NCBI GenBank assembly: GCA_964016885.1
Contig: OZ024743.1
Span: 115,816,001 to 115,880,000 of the forward strand
DNA length: 64,000 nt
Direction: 5' to 3'
Source: Eledone cirrhosa
Taxonomy: Eukaryota
The translations under genes were made by a program, and so were the position numbers. Under the pieces are notes generated by a model. That model saw only the letters and a list, made by a program, of their open reading frames with translations, searched no databases and was not told the DNA's origin. This document shows, in pieces, positions 51,399 through 64,000 of the stretch (the first letter of the stretch is position 1; every line of letters starts with the position of its first letter).

Positions 51399-54300
51399 CT
51401 ACCAGAAGTACCCGGCGTTGCCCGGGGAGTGTAAGTTGACCTTTGCTCTGTTGTTAAAATGTGTGAAAGTTACTTCCCACGCATCACAGGTGCAAAAAGC
51501 TTCGAACCTCAAGGAAGAAAACAGAGGTTAGTAGACGCAGGTGTGTAATTGAGCATAAATAATTAATCAATTGTAGGTTCACAGTGTATCGTTGAAATTG
51601 TTCTTTGCACAACTGACGGAAGTCAAATTCACTTGAAATTGAATTTTCAGTCGATTTTTAAAGCAGGGTGAAAAAGTCGAATTTTTCACAGTTTTTTTTT
51701 TTTTTACAATTTTCGACCTCATATGTGCAGAAGAAATAAAAGGGACTTTATCTGAACCGCGGCATAATTGCGAGTTTTTGCGACAGTTTTCAGGAAAATC
51801 GGACGTTCCATGTGCAACTTTGCCTTGTGTTTTTGCGCAAAGTCGAACCCCCGCTTCAGTTTTATTGCTTTTTTACATGAAGTAGATTTGAGTACCTCTG
51901 AAGTAGATTTGAGTACCTAAAAACCTGTCCCGGTAAATTTGCTATAGGTGAAAATAAGTTGATCAAAATTGTGTCTAGGTTTATTGCCCTTTGCAACAGC
52001 CTCAACGTGTCTTCAAGTATGGTTTTATAATTTGTTGTCAAATCGTCAAATCTGACCGAGGAAACAATGTTCCATTTGTCTTTCTAGCTGGTGTACCTGG
52101 TTACACTCGGGGTTATAAGGCGCTGGATTTAAACGGGTCTGCGCTAAATTCCAGCAGGATGCTTTAACCGAAATAAATGGAGAACAAACGTTTCTTTTTG
52201 TGCTCCAATCTGTGATATAGGTATTTTGAAAAAATAGTCCACAAACATCCATGGAGCATGTGTAACGCATGTATCAGGTTATGAGAAAAAGGGTTTTCGA
52301 TTCTCCATTCATAAGATACCAAAAAATGGCACGCAAATAAACCGGGATTTTAAGGCACTGCGCAATTCATAGCTGAAAGGTAAGAATCAAGTGGAATAAT
52401 GTTTTGCGACATTGTCAAATGTACAACCGTACAAAAGCAAAGGATATAGCCATCGAAATCTAGGTAGACCAAAGAATTTGGTGGGGTTTTATATCAGAGG
52501 ATTGTTTTCCTTGTGATTCGCGTCTAGCCTACAAAGTGAAGTTAGATGATTGTAGTCGGTGTTGTATCAATAAAAAATAAAAGCATACGGAAGACTGAAC
52601 ACTTACGAATTAAGTGAAAATTACGTTGATATTACTATCGGAGCAACATGTACCGAAAAACCTGACGGTCTGTTGTGTCAATATTGAATCCCGACCTCTA
52701 AGATGTAATGGATAGGCCTTGGAGGTGAAGAAGAAGAATTGGTACAATTGTTTTGCTGAACATGTTGACAATTAATTTTAATAGATTTACGCAGCATCAT
52801 CGTGCAGTTTTGTTGTTTATGGCCTAGAATGAGGGCCGATTAAACGCGGCAGAAAAATAAGCCATGCTCATGATGTTTAGGGGCGTCGCAGGGAATAGAT
52901 GCGACGTTGTGAGTCAATTGTGAGGACAGTGGAAGGCTCGCTGATCGCTTGAGAAGACACGATGCTAAACAGGATGCTTCTCGGCCATAATTGACAGATA
53001 GGCATGTCAGGAGAAATGAAGTTGAGAAATGAGTTGCTATTCATCGTTTGCTTACCATGTTGAACATGTAATTAAAAAGATTTACCATGGACTATCGTTC
53101 ATGTTGGTATTGTGTTTAGCCAGCGAATATCGGTGGTCAAATGGGACAACAATAAGCCATGCTGATGACTTTTAAGCGGGTGGTAAGGAATTGATGCGGC
53201 ATAGATAGACATGGGAGTCTTGAAGGAGCACGGCGGTTAGGCAAAAGAAAGGGCCGAAGAGGGGATGGTGGCTGACAGTGCATGGATGCGGCATCCTGAG
53301 GCATGACGATGCAGTGGGACGACAGCCAACAGGCAAGGAAGAGGACAGGGGTGGACGGTGGCAAGGATGCCGCATAGTGAGCCATGGCAGTCTTGAAAGA
53401 GCACTGCGGGCAGGCAAAAGAAAGGGCCGGGGAGGGGATGGCAGCTGACAGAGCATTGATGCAGCATGGTGATACATGACGTTGCAGTGGGACGATGGCG
53501 TGCAGGGAACGGAGAGGGCAGGGGTTGACGGTGGCAGGGATGCGACTTGTCCCTCAAGACTGACATGCCTAGGCAGTGGAAAGGGTCGGTGAGTGGATGG
53601 CGGTTGACAGGGTAGGGATGCAACATGAGGAGGCATGACGAAAGGGCTGGCTGCATGGCGGCTGACAGGGCGTGGATGTGGCATGCCAATTGAGTTGCAC
53701 CTCGGGAATGTAGAAAGCTCGATGATTGTTTGAGAAAACCGGGTCCAAGGCAGGATGTTTATCGGCCATACATGATCGGTAGGCTTTGGAGGAGAAAGAG
53801 ATGAAGTTTTGTTTAATTTTGTTAAATATGGTCAAAATAAATGTAAAAAGACATACACGGGATCGTCTTCATGTTCGGTGATGTCTTTGGTCTGAGATAA
53901 TGGGTGGTTATGTGCGGCGCAGGAATAAACCATGCTGATGACATTTGAGCAAGTTGCAAAGGGCAGGAATGCCGCGTGGTGAGCCATGGCAGTCGTGAGG
54001 GACCAGGCGTGCGGGAAAGGGAGAGGCAGGGGTTGACGCTGGCAGGGATGCAGCTTGGTTAGGCATGGCAGTCTTAAAGGAGCACGACGGGCAGGCAAAA
54101 TAAAAGGCTGAGGAGGGGATGGCGGCTGACAGATTATGGATGCAGCAAGGTGAGACATAACAATGCAGTGGGCCGACGGCGTGCAGGGAAGGGAGATGGC
54201 CGGTATTGACGGTTGCAGGGATTCCGCATGGTGAGCAATGGAACTCGTGAAGGACCAAGGCGTGTGGGTAAGGGAGAGGGCAGGGGAAGGCATGGCGGCT

Positions 54301-55479
54301 GACAGAGCATGGATGCGGCATGGTAAGGCATGACGATGCAGTGGGACGACGGCGTTCAAGGAAGGGAGAGGGCAGGACTTGATGGTGGCAGGGATGCGGC
54401 TTGGTTTGCATAGCAAACTTGAAGGAGCACGGCAGGCAGGCAATAGAAAGAGCTGAGGAGGGGATGGAAGCCAACAGGGCAGTAATGCGGCATGGTGAGG
54501 CATGGCGATGCGGTGGGACGACGGCGTGAAGGGGAGGGAGAGGACAGGGGGTGACGGTGGCAGGGTTGCGGCTTGGTCAGGCATGGAAGTATTGGGCTCT
54601 CCCGGAGTGTAGGAAATGGAAATGGGCAGGGGTGGACGGTAGCAGGAATTCGGCGTTTGAGCTGTGGCACTCCTTAGGGACCACGGAGGGCAAACAATGG
54701 AAAGGGCCGGGGAATGAATTGCGACTGAGAAGGCAGAGAAGCGCATGCTGATGCACAACGATGCAGTGGGTCGACGGCGTGCAGGGAAGGGAGAGGGCAG
54801 GGGTTGATGGATGCCTCATTATGCTACGGTAGTGGGACCACGGGAATGAAGAGTGCGCATGGAGGCTCGACAATCGCTTGAGAAGACTGGGCGTAATACA
54901 GGATGATGCGCGGCGGTATAGTCTTGATAGTCCTTGTATAAGAAATGGAAGAATCGGCATAAAAGGTTTGCTGATATGGTGAGCGTTAATTTAAAGAGAC
55001 TTACTGTGGATAATTCTGATAGATTGAACGTTTTTTGCATGGCGGGAGTCGCGACATATGGAAGCAAGAAGAATGTCGTTTTTGGGGTTTGCCTCTGGGG
55101 GTCCGATTATCAAGTACCCCACCTTGATCCCCGCATCAATATACATACGTACGTCTAATTTCATTGGAATCGGAGAAATTTCGTAAATAACGATTTTTGC
55201 CTCCGGTGATCCAATTATCGATTTTAGCCCACGTTCATCCCCGGATGAAAATACACACTTGAGTCGAGTTTCATCGAAATTGGACGAATTTTGAAGATAT
55301 CGATTTTTGTCTTCTTGGGTCCCGATTATCGACTTTTCGAACATTTCAAGTAGACTATTCCAATCTACGCGTCGTGTTTTTTATATGTGTCGTTTCATGA
55401 AAATTGGATGAACGGTGTAGCCTGCAAGTTTGGGACACCAAACAAACAAACAACGCCCAACTTCACTTTGTATATAAGA
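51399..55479 (-). mobile_element. Non-autonomous Helitron, ~4.1 kb
   Basis: The minus strand starts A|TCttatatacaaagtgaag...gtttgtttgtttg and ends with hairpin cccgggcaacgccggg + ttctgGTAG|T; A|T target, no TSD, no RepHel ORF. Confidence 0.8.
53150..54900. repeat. GC-rich degenerate tandem repeats inside the Helitron
   Basis: Recurring gcatgacgatgcagtgggacgacggcgtgcaggga..gagagggcaggggttgacggtggcagggatgc units. Confidence 0.85.
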
Positions 55480-55582
55480 TAATATATATATATAGTATAT
55501 ATGTAGTATATATATATATAATATTTATATGTATACATATGCATATATACATATATATCTATATAAACACACATACCCCCGC

Positions 55583-55649
<67 letters not shown>

Positions 55650-55654
<5 letters not shown>

Positions 55655-55850
55655 CGAAAGTGAGGTTCTTTTACAAAATGAAAAATAGCCGAGTTGTCCT
55701 ACACGAGTGAAAGTATAAAGAAACAAAGATGAAATCGATGAATGCAACTGGAGTCATATTTAAAAAAATATGTATATATCTATTTGGTTCCTTTACCGGT
55801 TTCGCAGTTCTTCTGCTTTTCAAAAGTAGAGTTGAGATGGAGGGTTCATA
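55650..55850 (-). mobile_element. PLE pLTR remnant with decayed minimal HHR
   Basis: The minus strand at 55791-55826 reads ctt-TTGAAAA-gcag aagaa ctgc-GAAA-ccgg-TA-aag; the remnant lies between (TA)n tracts. Confidence 0.55.
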
Positions 55851-55895
55851 TACATATATACATACATACATATACATACATATACATACATACAT

Positions 55896-55949
<54 letters not shown>

Positions 55950-55958
<9 letters not shown>

Positions 55959-56921
55959 TAAACAAATAATGAACAAACAATTCCTTATATTAAACAAAAA
56001 AAGTTCACTATTTAACGATCGTTTCTAGGGCATATATGTGTTATAATTGGTATGCATATTTAACAGATCTATGTACAAAATTATACAAAATTATACAAAT
56101 TATCAAGATTAAATATACATACCTAACTCATATATACGCCGTCTTCAGAAATAATGAAGTATATTTATTGATAATAACAACAATTCAAAATGTCAGTTCA
56201 AAATTGACCAATGAAAACACAAAGGGTAAAAAGCAGTTTGGTGTGTGTATATACATGCAAAAACCTTACACATATTTTACAATAATGTGTGTATAATTTG
56301 TATGTGTATACTAAAAAGATGGATGTAAACACAAAATTTCAAGGTTAATATCTCTGTAAGCTTAATGCGCTGATAAGATACGCAAAGATACTTATGGAGT
56401 CAAGCATATAAATATATTTTTTTCATACTCACACATATCAGTATAATCACACATACATGTGCGTATATGCATAAATATACACATAACCACGAACATACAA
56501 ACACACACACTCCCCCACTCACATTTATATATGTGGATATAAAATCATAAGCAAATAGAAATTAAGTCACTCACATAAAAACACTGGTACACACATTTCA
56601 AGATCAAGATACATAAATTAGGTGGGAGGGGGGGGAGGGGTCAGTATTAGATTGTCAGACCAGACAGCCTAAAATAAATGTATCTATAAATTAAGAAAAA
56701 TAAAAAAATAAAAATAAAAACAATAAAATATAATAAATGTACATACACATACAGATATACATACACATACATACATGTACGCGCACATAGAGATATCTAC
56801 ACATACATACATATACACATACCTATACTGTCATACACACACATACATTTACACGAACATACACATACACATATAAAAAGATATAAATACACACACACTC
56901 ACGCGCAACACATACACACAT

Positions 56922-56962
<41 letters not shown>

Positions 56963-56983
56963 TATACACACACACATAGACTC

Positions 56984-57014
<31 letters not shown>

Positions 57015-57492
57015 TATATATACAAACATATATATCCCCACACTCATACCACCATAAATATACATACAAACACCCACATGTATATATATATATATATATA
57101 TATACACATCCACACACACACACGTACACATATATATATATACATATACACATATATACACATACACATATATATATACACACACATAAAAAACAGACAT
57201 GCACAAATATACACACACATATATATATATATTTCATTACTCTTATATATACACATAGTATATATACATACACAACCTCACTTATACACATATACACATA
57301 AGTTATATTACAATAATAATAAAGAATAATATATATATATATATATATACATATATACACACATATACATATATACATATACATATATATATACACACAC
57401 ATACATACACATACATACATACACCTAAACATATACATACATAAATACACACATACGAATAAAGACATATATTCACACATAGATACCCATAT

Positions 57493-57530
<38 letters not shown>

Positions 57531-60500
57531 ATATATATACACATACATACATACATATATATACACACATATATACACATACACACACACACACACACAC
57601 AGACACACATACACACTCACATATACATATATATATATATGTGTATGTGAGTGTGCGCAAATACATATATATATACACACACACATACAAACACACACAA
57701 ACACATACATATGCATATATGCACACACACACACATATATCACATAGATATGAAGATAAACATATAAATAGAGAGACATACGAATATATACAGAACCCAT
57801 ATACACATACATACAACCACGCATATACATATATATACATATATACACACATATATATTCCTATATACAAGCATACACATACACACACATATATACATAT
57901 ACATACACATATACATACCACACATTCACATACACATACATATATAATACATATATATACATATATATACATACACATGTATGTACAATCATATATACAC
58001 ACTCAATCTTACATTCATATTTACATGCTCATATATGTATTTTTATATTTAGAAATAAATACCAAAACCTATATAGACACCCACCTACACATATATTCAT
58101 ACATATACTCTTACAAAAACAGATGATAATAGTATGGGGGAAAGGGGGGGTTTGGAGAAGGGGATCAAAGTAAATATATGTTTCAAGAAACATATAATAT
58201 TTTCCGTATCTTAATTCAATGTATGTTCTTACATATTTTCAGTGCTAGGAAATACGAAATCTATGCATCCCAAAATAAAAAAGTATACCATTAATCATAT
58301 GTTAACTAAACCAAAGATAGTCAACATATTGATTTCCAAGGTGTAAATTAGTTAGGTTTATAATATTTGAAGCAAAATTATGAAGTCAAACAGTAGTAGA
58401 TTATTAATTACATTATAACTAAATTAAAGTTAATAACGTTATGGTATCAATATTAGGAGATGAATTTAGTAATAGGGAAAAGAAACCCAAATAAAAATAA
58501 AATAAAGTATTACATCGGTAGTAGCATATAAATTATATGTTAACTAAATTAAAAATTATATATTTATTTCAATAGTATACGTTAATTAGTATATGTTAAT
58601 TAGGTATACAATACATAAAGCAGATATTGTATTTCATCAATAGCATAATATAATTATATTCAAATAAAAATCAAAATTAATACGCATACATATACATATA
58701 CATACACATATACATATATATACATATACACACATATATATATATATATATACATATATATACACATACATACATATATAGTCACATAAATATACATATA
58801 GATACACATACAATACACACATATACATATACATATAGATATACATATCTTTTTCAAAAAATTGCACAGAATATATTAACTAGGTATATATCCAAAACAC
58901 ATCCCATTCAATGATTACATGACATTCTGCAATTCGTCTGTACAAGGATACTAATTTTAAGCAAATTAAAATTAAAGTTTTAGGTTGATTAAAACTAAAA
59001 CCAAATAATAAATATATTTCCAAAATGTATATTAATTAGGTCTATAATACTAAAAATTCTTTCTCCGTCATAGGATACATGATATTATTTTGTTATATTT
59101 TATCTGTAAAAGAATTATAATAAAAAAAATTATAGTAAAAGGTTAAAATAAATTAAAATTAATCTATAAATTAAATTACTGAGTATATATTAGTAATATT
59201 TAAAGGTTTTTCAAAATTTATGATTACATAATATTTTCTCATCTGTAATAAAATATTAATTAAATTAAATTTATAGGTTAACTAACATTTAAATTAAATT
59301 AAATTCTAGAATAATGTTATTAATTAGGTTTATAATATTTAAATGTTTTTTTTAGTTTATGATTACACGATATAATTAATTCCTGTCTTTTATTTAATAA
59401 GATATCCCTAGACTTCATTATTTCAAATAGTTCTTGGGAACATAATCTACATTCCTTTCTATTATTTTGATAAGGGGTGGCTCTTTTGAGCACACTCCAG
59501 GTCAAATCATATTTTATATTTTTATTTTTATAACTATTGATTTTTTCTGCTAGAGATGTTGTATTAGCCAGTGCGGCATTTTTAAAGCTATGTTTGTGGG
59601 TATTATACCTTGTCTTAAAATTGTTAGAGGTAGCTCCTATATATGAGCAAATAGAATCTTTAGTTTTAACATTACATTTATAGACTATGTTGTTAACAAG
59701 ACAATTCCCTTTTAATGGGCAGTTTGTTTTGTTTCTACAGTTACATCCTTTCGTTAATTCTGTATTTGAGGAGATATTATTGTTAATTTGATGTACTGGT
59801 GGTATACTTATGGTTTTCTTACATTTATATGCATTATATGCACTTATATTTTGTTTTATGTTATTTGTTGTAGAGTATGAGAATTTAACTGTAGACCTAT
59901 TTAAGATTTGATGGTATTTGTGGTTTGGCGGGAAGTTTTTCTCAAGGATATAAAAAAATTTTTTAGCAATATTATCCTTAACTTGTAAATTAAAAGGAGC
60001 ATTATACCAAGTAACTCGTCTATTACGGTTTCTATGTTGTTTATTATTTTTATTATTTTTATATGTTGTATCATGATTTTTACTAGGAGGATTAATGTTA
60101 ATGATCTCACCACAACTATTTTTAGTTATATTTGTAGATTTAGGTGTTTTATCTTTTTTATTAGGAGTTTTATTATTAATATTTATTATAGTCGTATGAT
60201 GAGTAGTTTTTTGAGGGTTACTATACTTTATATTAGAAGATTTAGTATTTTGGGGTATACTGTGGGTGGCATTTAGGTGTGTACTTTTCATTTGGTGTTT
60301 GTTGGTAATATTATGCTGTATGCTTTCAGTATTTTTAGTAGAAGGTATATACTCTAATCTATTTTTGTGGCCACTTCTATCTAGAGCTTCATTATAAAAG
60401 GTCGCATTTTTATCAAATACATCTTGGTTAGAAGAAAGGTTAGAAATTCTAAGTGATATATTATATGCAAGGTTTTTAAGGATAGATTTAGGGTGATTAG

Positions 60501-61136
60501 ATTGTGAGTGTATGTAATGTAAGTTTTGGTTAGGTTTATGGTAAGGTTGGTATATACCCGTAGCTAAATCTAAAGTTATATCCAGGAAATTTACTACTTT
60601 ACTTGTTTTTTCAAAAGTAATATTAAGATTATAATAGTCTTTAAGGAAAGTTCTAATATGCTTTTTGTTTTTTTCGATTTCTGAAAGGCTAAGGTTGTTA
60701 GAAAGAAGAAGACAGTCATCACGATATAAACCACCTTTGAGGTGGGGAAAAGAGGCATTTATGTTGAAAAGGAGAAAGAGGCCCACAAGATCAGTAATTT
60801 GGGCGGAATCGCTTGAACCCATAGTAATGTATATATATGTATATGCGTGGTTGTATGTATGTGTATATGGGTTCTGTATATATTCGTATGTCTCTCTATT
60901 TATATGTTTATCTTCATATCTATGTGATATATGTGTGTGTGTGTGCATATATGCATATGTATGTGTTTGTGTGTGTTTGTATGTGTGTGTGTATATATAT
61001 ATGTATTTGCGCACACTCACATACACATATATATATATATGTATATGTGAGTGTGTATGTGTGTCTGTGTGTGTGTGTGTGTGTGTATGTGTATATATGT
61101 GTGTATATATATGTATGTATGTATGTGTATATATAT

Positions 61137-61174
<38 letters not shown>

Positions 61175-61652
61175 ATATGGGTATTTATGTGTGAATATAT
61201 GTCTTTATTCGTATGTGTGTATTTATGTATGTATATGTTTAGGTGTATGTATGTATGTGTATGTATGTGTGTGTATATATATATGTATATGTATATATGT
61301 ATATGTGTGTATATATGTATATATATATATATATATATTATTCTTTATTATTATTGTAATATAACTTATGTGTATATGTGTATAAGTGAGGTTGTGTATG
61401 TATATATACTATGTGTATATATAAGAGTAATGAAATATATATATATATGTGTGTGTATATTTGTGCATGTCTGTTTTTTATGTGTGTGTATATATATATG
61501 TGTATGTGTATATATGTGTATATGTATATATATATATGTGTACGTGTGTGTGTGTGGATGTGTATATATATATATATATATATATACATGTGGGTGTTTG
61601 TATGTATATTTATGGTGGTATGAGTGTGGGGATATATATGTTTGTATATATA

Positions 61653-61683
<31 letters not shown>

Positions 61684-61704
61684 GAGTCTATGTGTGTGTG
61701 TATA

Positions 61705-61745
<41 letters not shown>

Positions 61746-62849
61746 ATGTGTGTATGTGTTGCGCGTGAGTGTGTGTGTATTTATATCTTTTTATATGTGT
61801 ATGTGTATGTTCGTGTAAATGTATGTGTGTGTATGACAGTATAGGTATGTGTATATGTATGTATGTGTAGATATCTCTATGTGCGCGTACATGTATGTAT
61901 GTGTATGTATATCTGTATGTGTATGTACATTTATTATATTTTATTGTTTTTATTTTTATTTTTTTATTTTTCTTAATTTATAGATACATTTATTTTAGGC
62001 TGTCTGGTCTGACAATCTAATACTGACCCCTCCCCCCCCCTCCCACCTAATTTCTGTATCTTGATCTTGAAATGTGTGTACCAGTGTTTTTATGTGAGTG
62101 ACTTAATTTCTATTTGCTTATGATTTTATATCCACATATATAAATGTGAGTGGGGGAGTGTGTGTGTTTGTATGTTCGTGGTTATGTGTATATTTATGCA
62201 TATACGCACATGTATGTGTGATTATACTGATATGTGTGAGTATGAAAAAAATATATTTATATGCTTGACTCCATAAGTATCTTTGCGTATCTTATCAGCG
62301 CATTAAGCTTACAGAGATATTAACCTTGAAATTTTGTGTTTACATCCATCTTTTTAGTATACACATACAAATTATACACACATTATTGTAAAATATGTGT
62401 AAGGTTTTTGCATGTATATACACACACCAAACTGCTTTTTACCCTTTGTGTTTTCATTGGTCAATTTTGAACTGACATTTTGAATTGTTGTTATTATCAA
62501 TAAATATACTTCATTATTTCTGAAGACGGCGTATATATGAGTTAGGTATGTATATTTAATCTTGATAATTTGTATAATTTTGTATAATTTTGTACATAGA
62601 TCTGTTAAATATGCATACCAATTATAACACATATATGCCCTAGAAACGATCGTTAAATAGTGAACTTTTTTTGTTTAATATAAGGAATTGTTTGTTCATT
62701 ATTTGTTTAATATTTTATCTTGACTCTGTATACCGTTTATCTTTCACCGAAAGTGGATTTTCATTACATCTCTTCTTTCCATGATATCCGGAATACATTG
62801 AGTTCTTCATACGGATTGGACACTACCGTAAACTCTTGGTAGATTTATC

Positions 62850-62855
<6 letters not shown>
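55950..62855 (-). mobile_element. 5'-truncated family-1 PLE (55950-60828, minus) joined to a 2.03-kb inverted duplication of its 3' end (60827-62855, plus)
   Basis: Arms 55950-57840 and 60827-62718 are near-identical reverse complements (mirrored ORFs in the track); (TA)n on both sides. Confidence 0.93.
59320..60828 (-). pseudogene. 5'-truncated PLE ORF (from ITMGS to the stop), otherwise uninterrupted
   Basis: About 15 substitutions in ~500 aa relative to 44796-47237; the track N-terminus (60829-61026) is microsatellite from the inverted arm. Confidence 0.9.
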
Positions 62856-62880
<25 letters not shown>

Positions 62881-62884
<4 letters not shown>

Positions 62885-64000
62885 AATGTAATCTGAGTTT
62901 TTCGAAAATTAATAATAACATTCGATTAGTTTGCAATTATGCAAACAAGACTCAATTTTATAGCCATGTCAGTAGAATGAACCCTTCATTCTTGCTCTTG
63001 TTTTGGCATGTGAACAGAACTGCAGACACTAATGTTTCTGAGTATCACCCTTCATCAGTACAGTTCACCGTTCACCTGCCAACTGTCAAAGCTAGTGAAA
63101 ATATATGCTATTTTCAAAAGTACGCAGTGACTGATCGGCCTGATTTGCATATTAGCAGACTGGCTGATCAGTCGGATCTGCATATTAGCAGACCCACTGA
63201 TCAGCCAGATATACATATCCGCAGACTGGCCAGTCAGTTTCCTGTATACGAGCTTTGCGAAATTCCAATAAAGAAGAAAATATTTGCTCTACATGGCTGA
63301 ATACAATAAATGTAATGTGAGTTTTTCTAATATTAATAACATTCGATTCGTTTGCAATTATGCAAACAAGCCTCAATTTTATAGCCATGTCAGTAGAATG
63401 GACCCTTCATTCTTGCTCTCTTGTGTAGGCATGTGAACAGAACTGCGGTCACTAATATTTTTGGCAAAGCCGGCTATTTATCGTTCGTATACAGGAAACT
63501 GACTGGGCAGTGTGCTGATATGCAAATCTGGATATCACTGGATCTGCTAATATGCAGATCTGACTGATCAGCCAATCTGCTAATATGCAAATCAGGCCGA
63601 TCAGTCACTGTATATTTTTGAAAATAACATATATTTTCACTAGCTCTGACAGTTGGTATGTGAACAGTGAGCTGTACTAATGGAGGGTGATACCCAGAAA
63701 CATTAGGGTTTGCAGTTCTGTTCGCATGCCAACACACGAACAAGAATGAGGGGTTGAGTCTACTGACATGGCTTTAAAAACGAGTCTTGTTTGCATAATT
63801 GCAAACGATTCGAATGTTATTATTAATATTCGGAAAACTCAGATCACTTAATTTTAACCATACCTTATACAGCAACTACACAGCCTTCTCTCTTCTTCAT
63901 ATACATATAAAATTTTCGCTCTACATGGCTGAATACAATAAATGTAATCTTTTTTCGAATATTAATAACATTCGATTCGTTTGCAATTATGCAAACAAAC
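62881..64000. repeat. ~425-bp repeat unit in tandem and inverted arrangement with ~27-bp subrepeats
   Basis: The unit start aataaatgtaat recurs at 62881, 63306 and 63937; ~63485-63845 is the reverse complement of ~62890-63250; tgcatattagcagac subrepeats. Confidence 0.85.

Noticed and set aside
53137-55067. Pro/Cys/His-rich ORFs up to 308 aa inside the Helitron
   Set aside because: Products of GC-rich tandem repeats open in several frames; no Rep or helicase motifs seen.
60829-61026. N-terminal extension of the 568-aa minus-strand ORF suggesting a novel fusion protein
   Set aside because: Chance in-frame read-through from microsatellite in the inverted arm; the RT N-terminal half is missing.

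Overview
AT-rich, microsatellite-saturated animal genomic DNA, probably a cephalopod (octopus-like; inferred only from the SINE family and repeat content). No complete host gene is visible; there is one candidate orphan exon at 399-561. The window is mostly transposable elements. These include a near full-length decayed Tx1-clade LINE in an (ATT)n tract, CRE/RTE/CR1/R4-Dong LINE fragments, about 10 tRNA-derived SINEs all on the + strand, a ~4.1 kb non-autonomous Helitron, and mariner and hAT-like remnants. The most striking content is a set of Penelope-like elements (PLEs) and non-coding partners inserted in (TA)n. One PLE is intact (813 aa RT + GIY-YIG with a CxCx5C linker, Hydra-clade-like), one is 5'-truncated with a 1.9 kb inverted duplication, and a second PLE family is decayed. 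Several 410-660 nt non-coding units carry type I hammerhead ribozymes (HHR) with palindromic stem III (retrozyme-like). Several independent insertions share one architecture: two oppositely oriented arms that end at two different fixed sites (about +55 to +80 and +140 to +200 nt after the HHR cleavage site), and three non-coding families share a motif between these sites. Most short ORFs in the track are microsatellite artefacts. All structures were read by eye, not computed.
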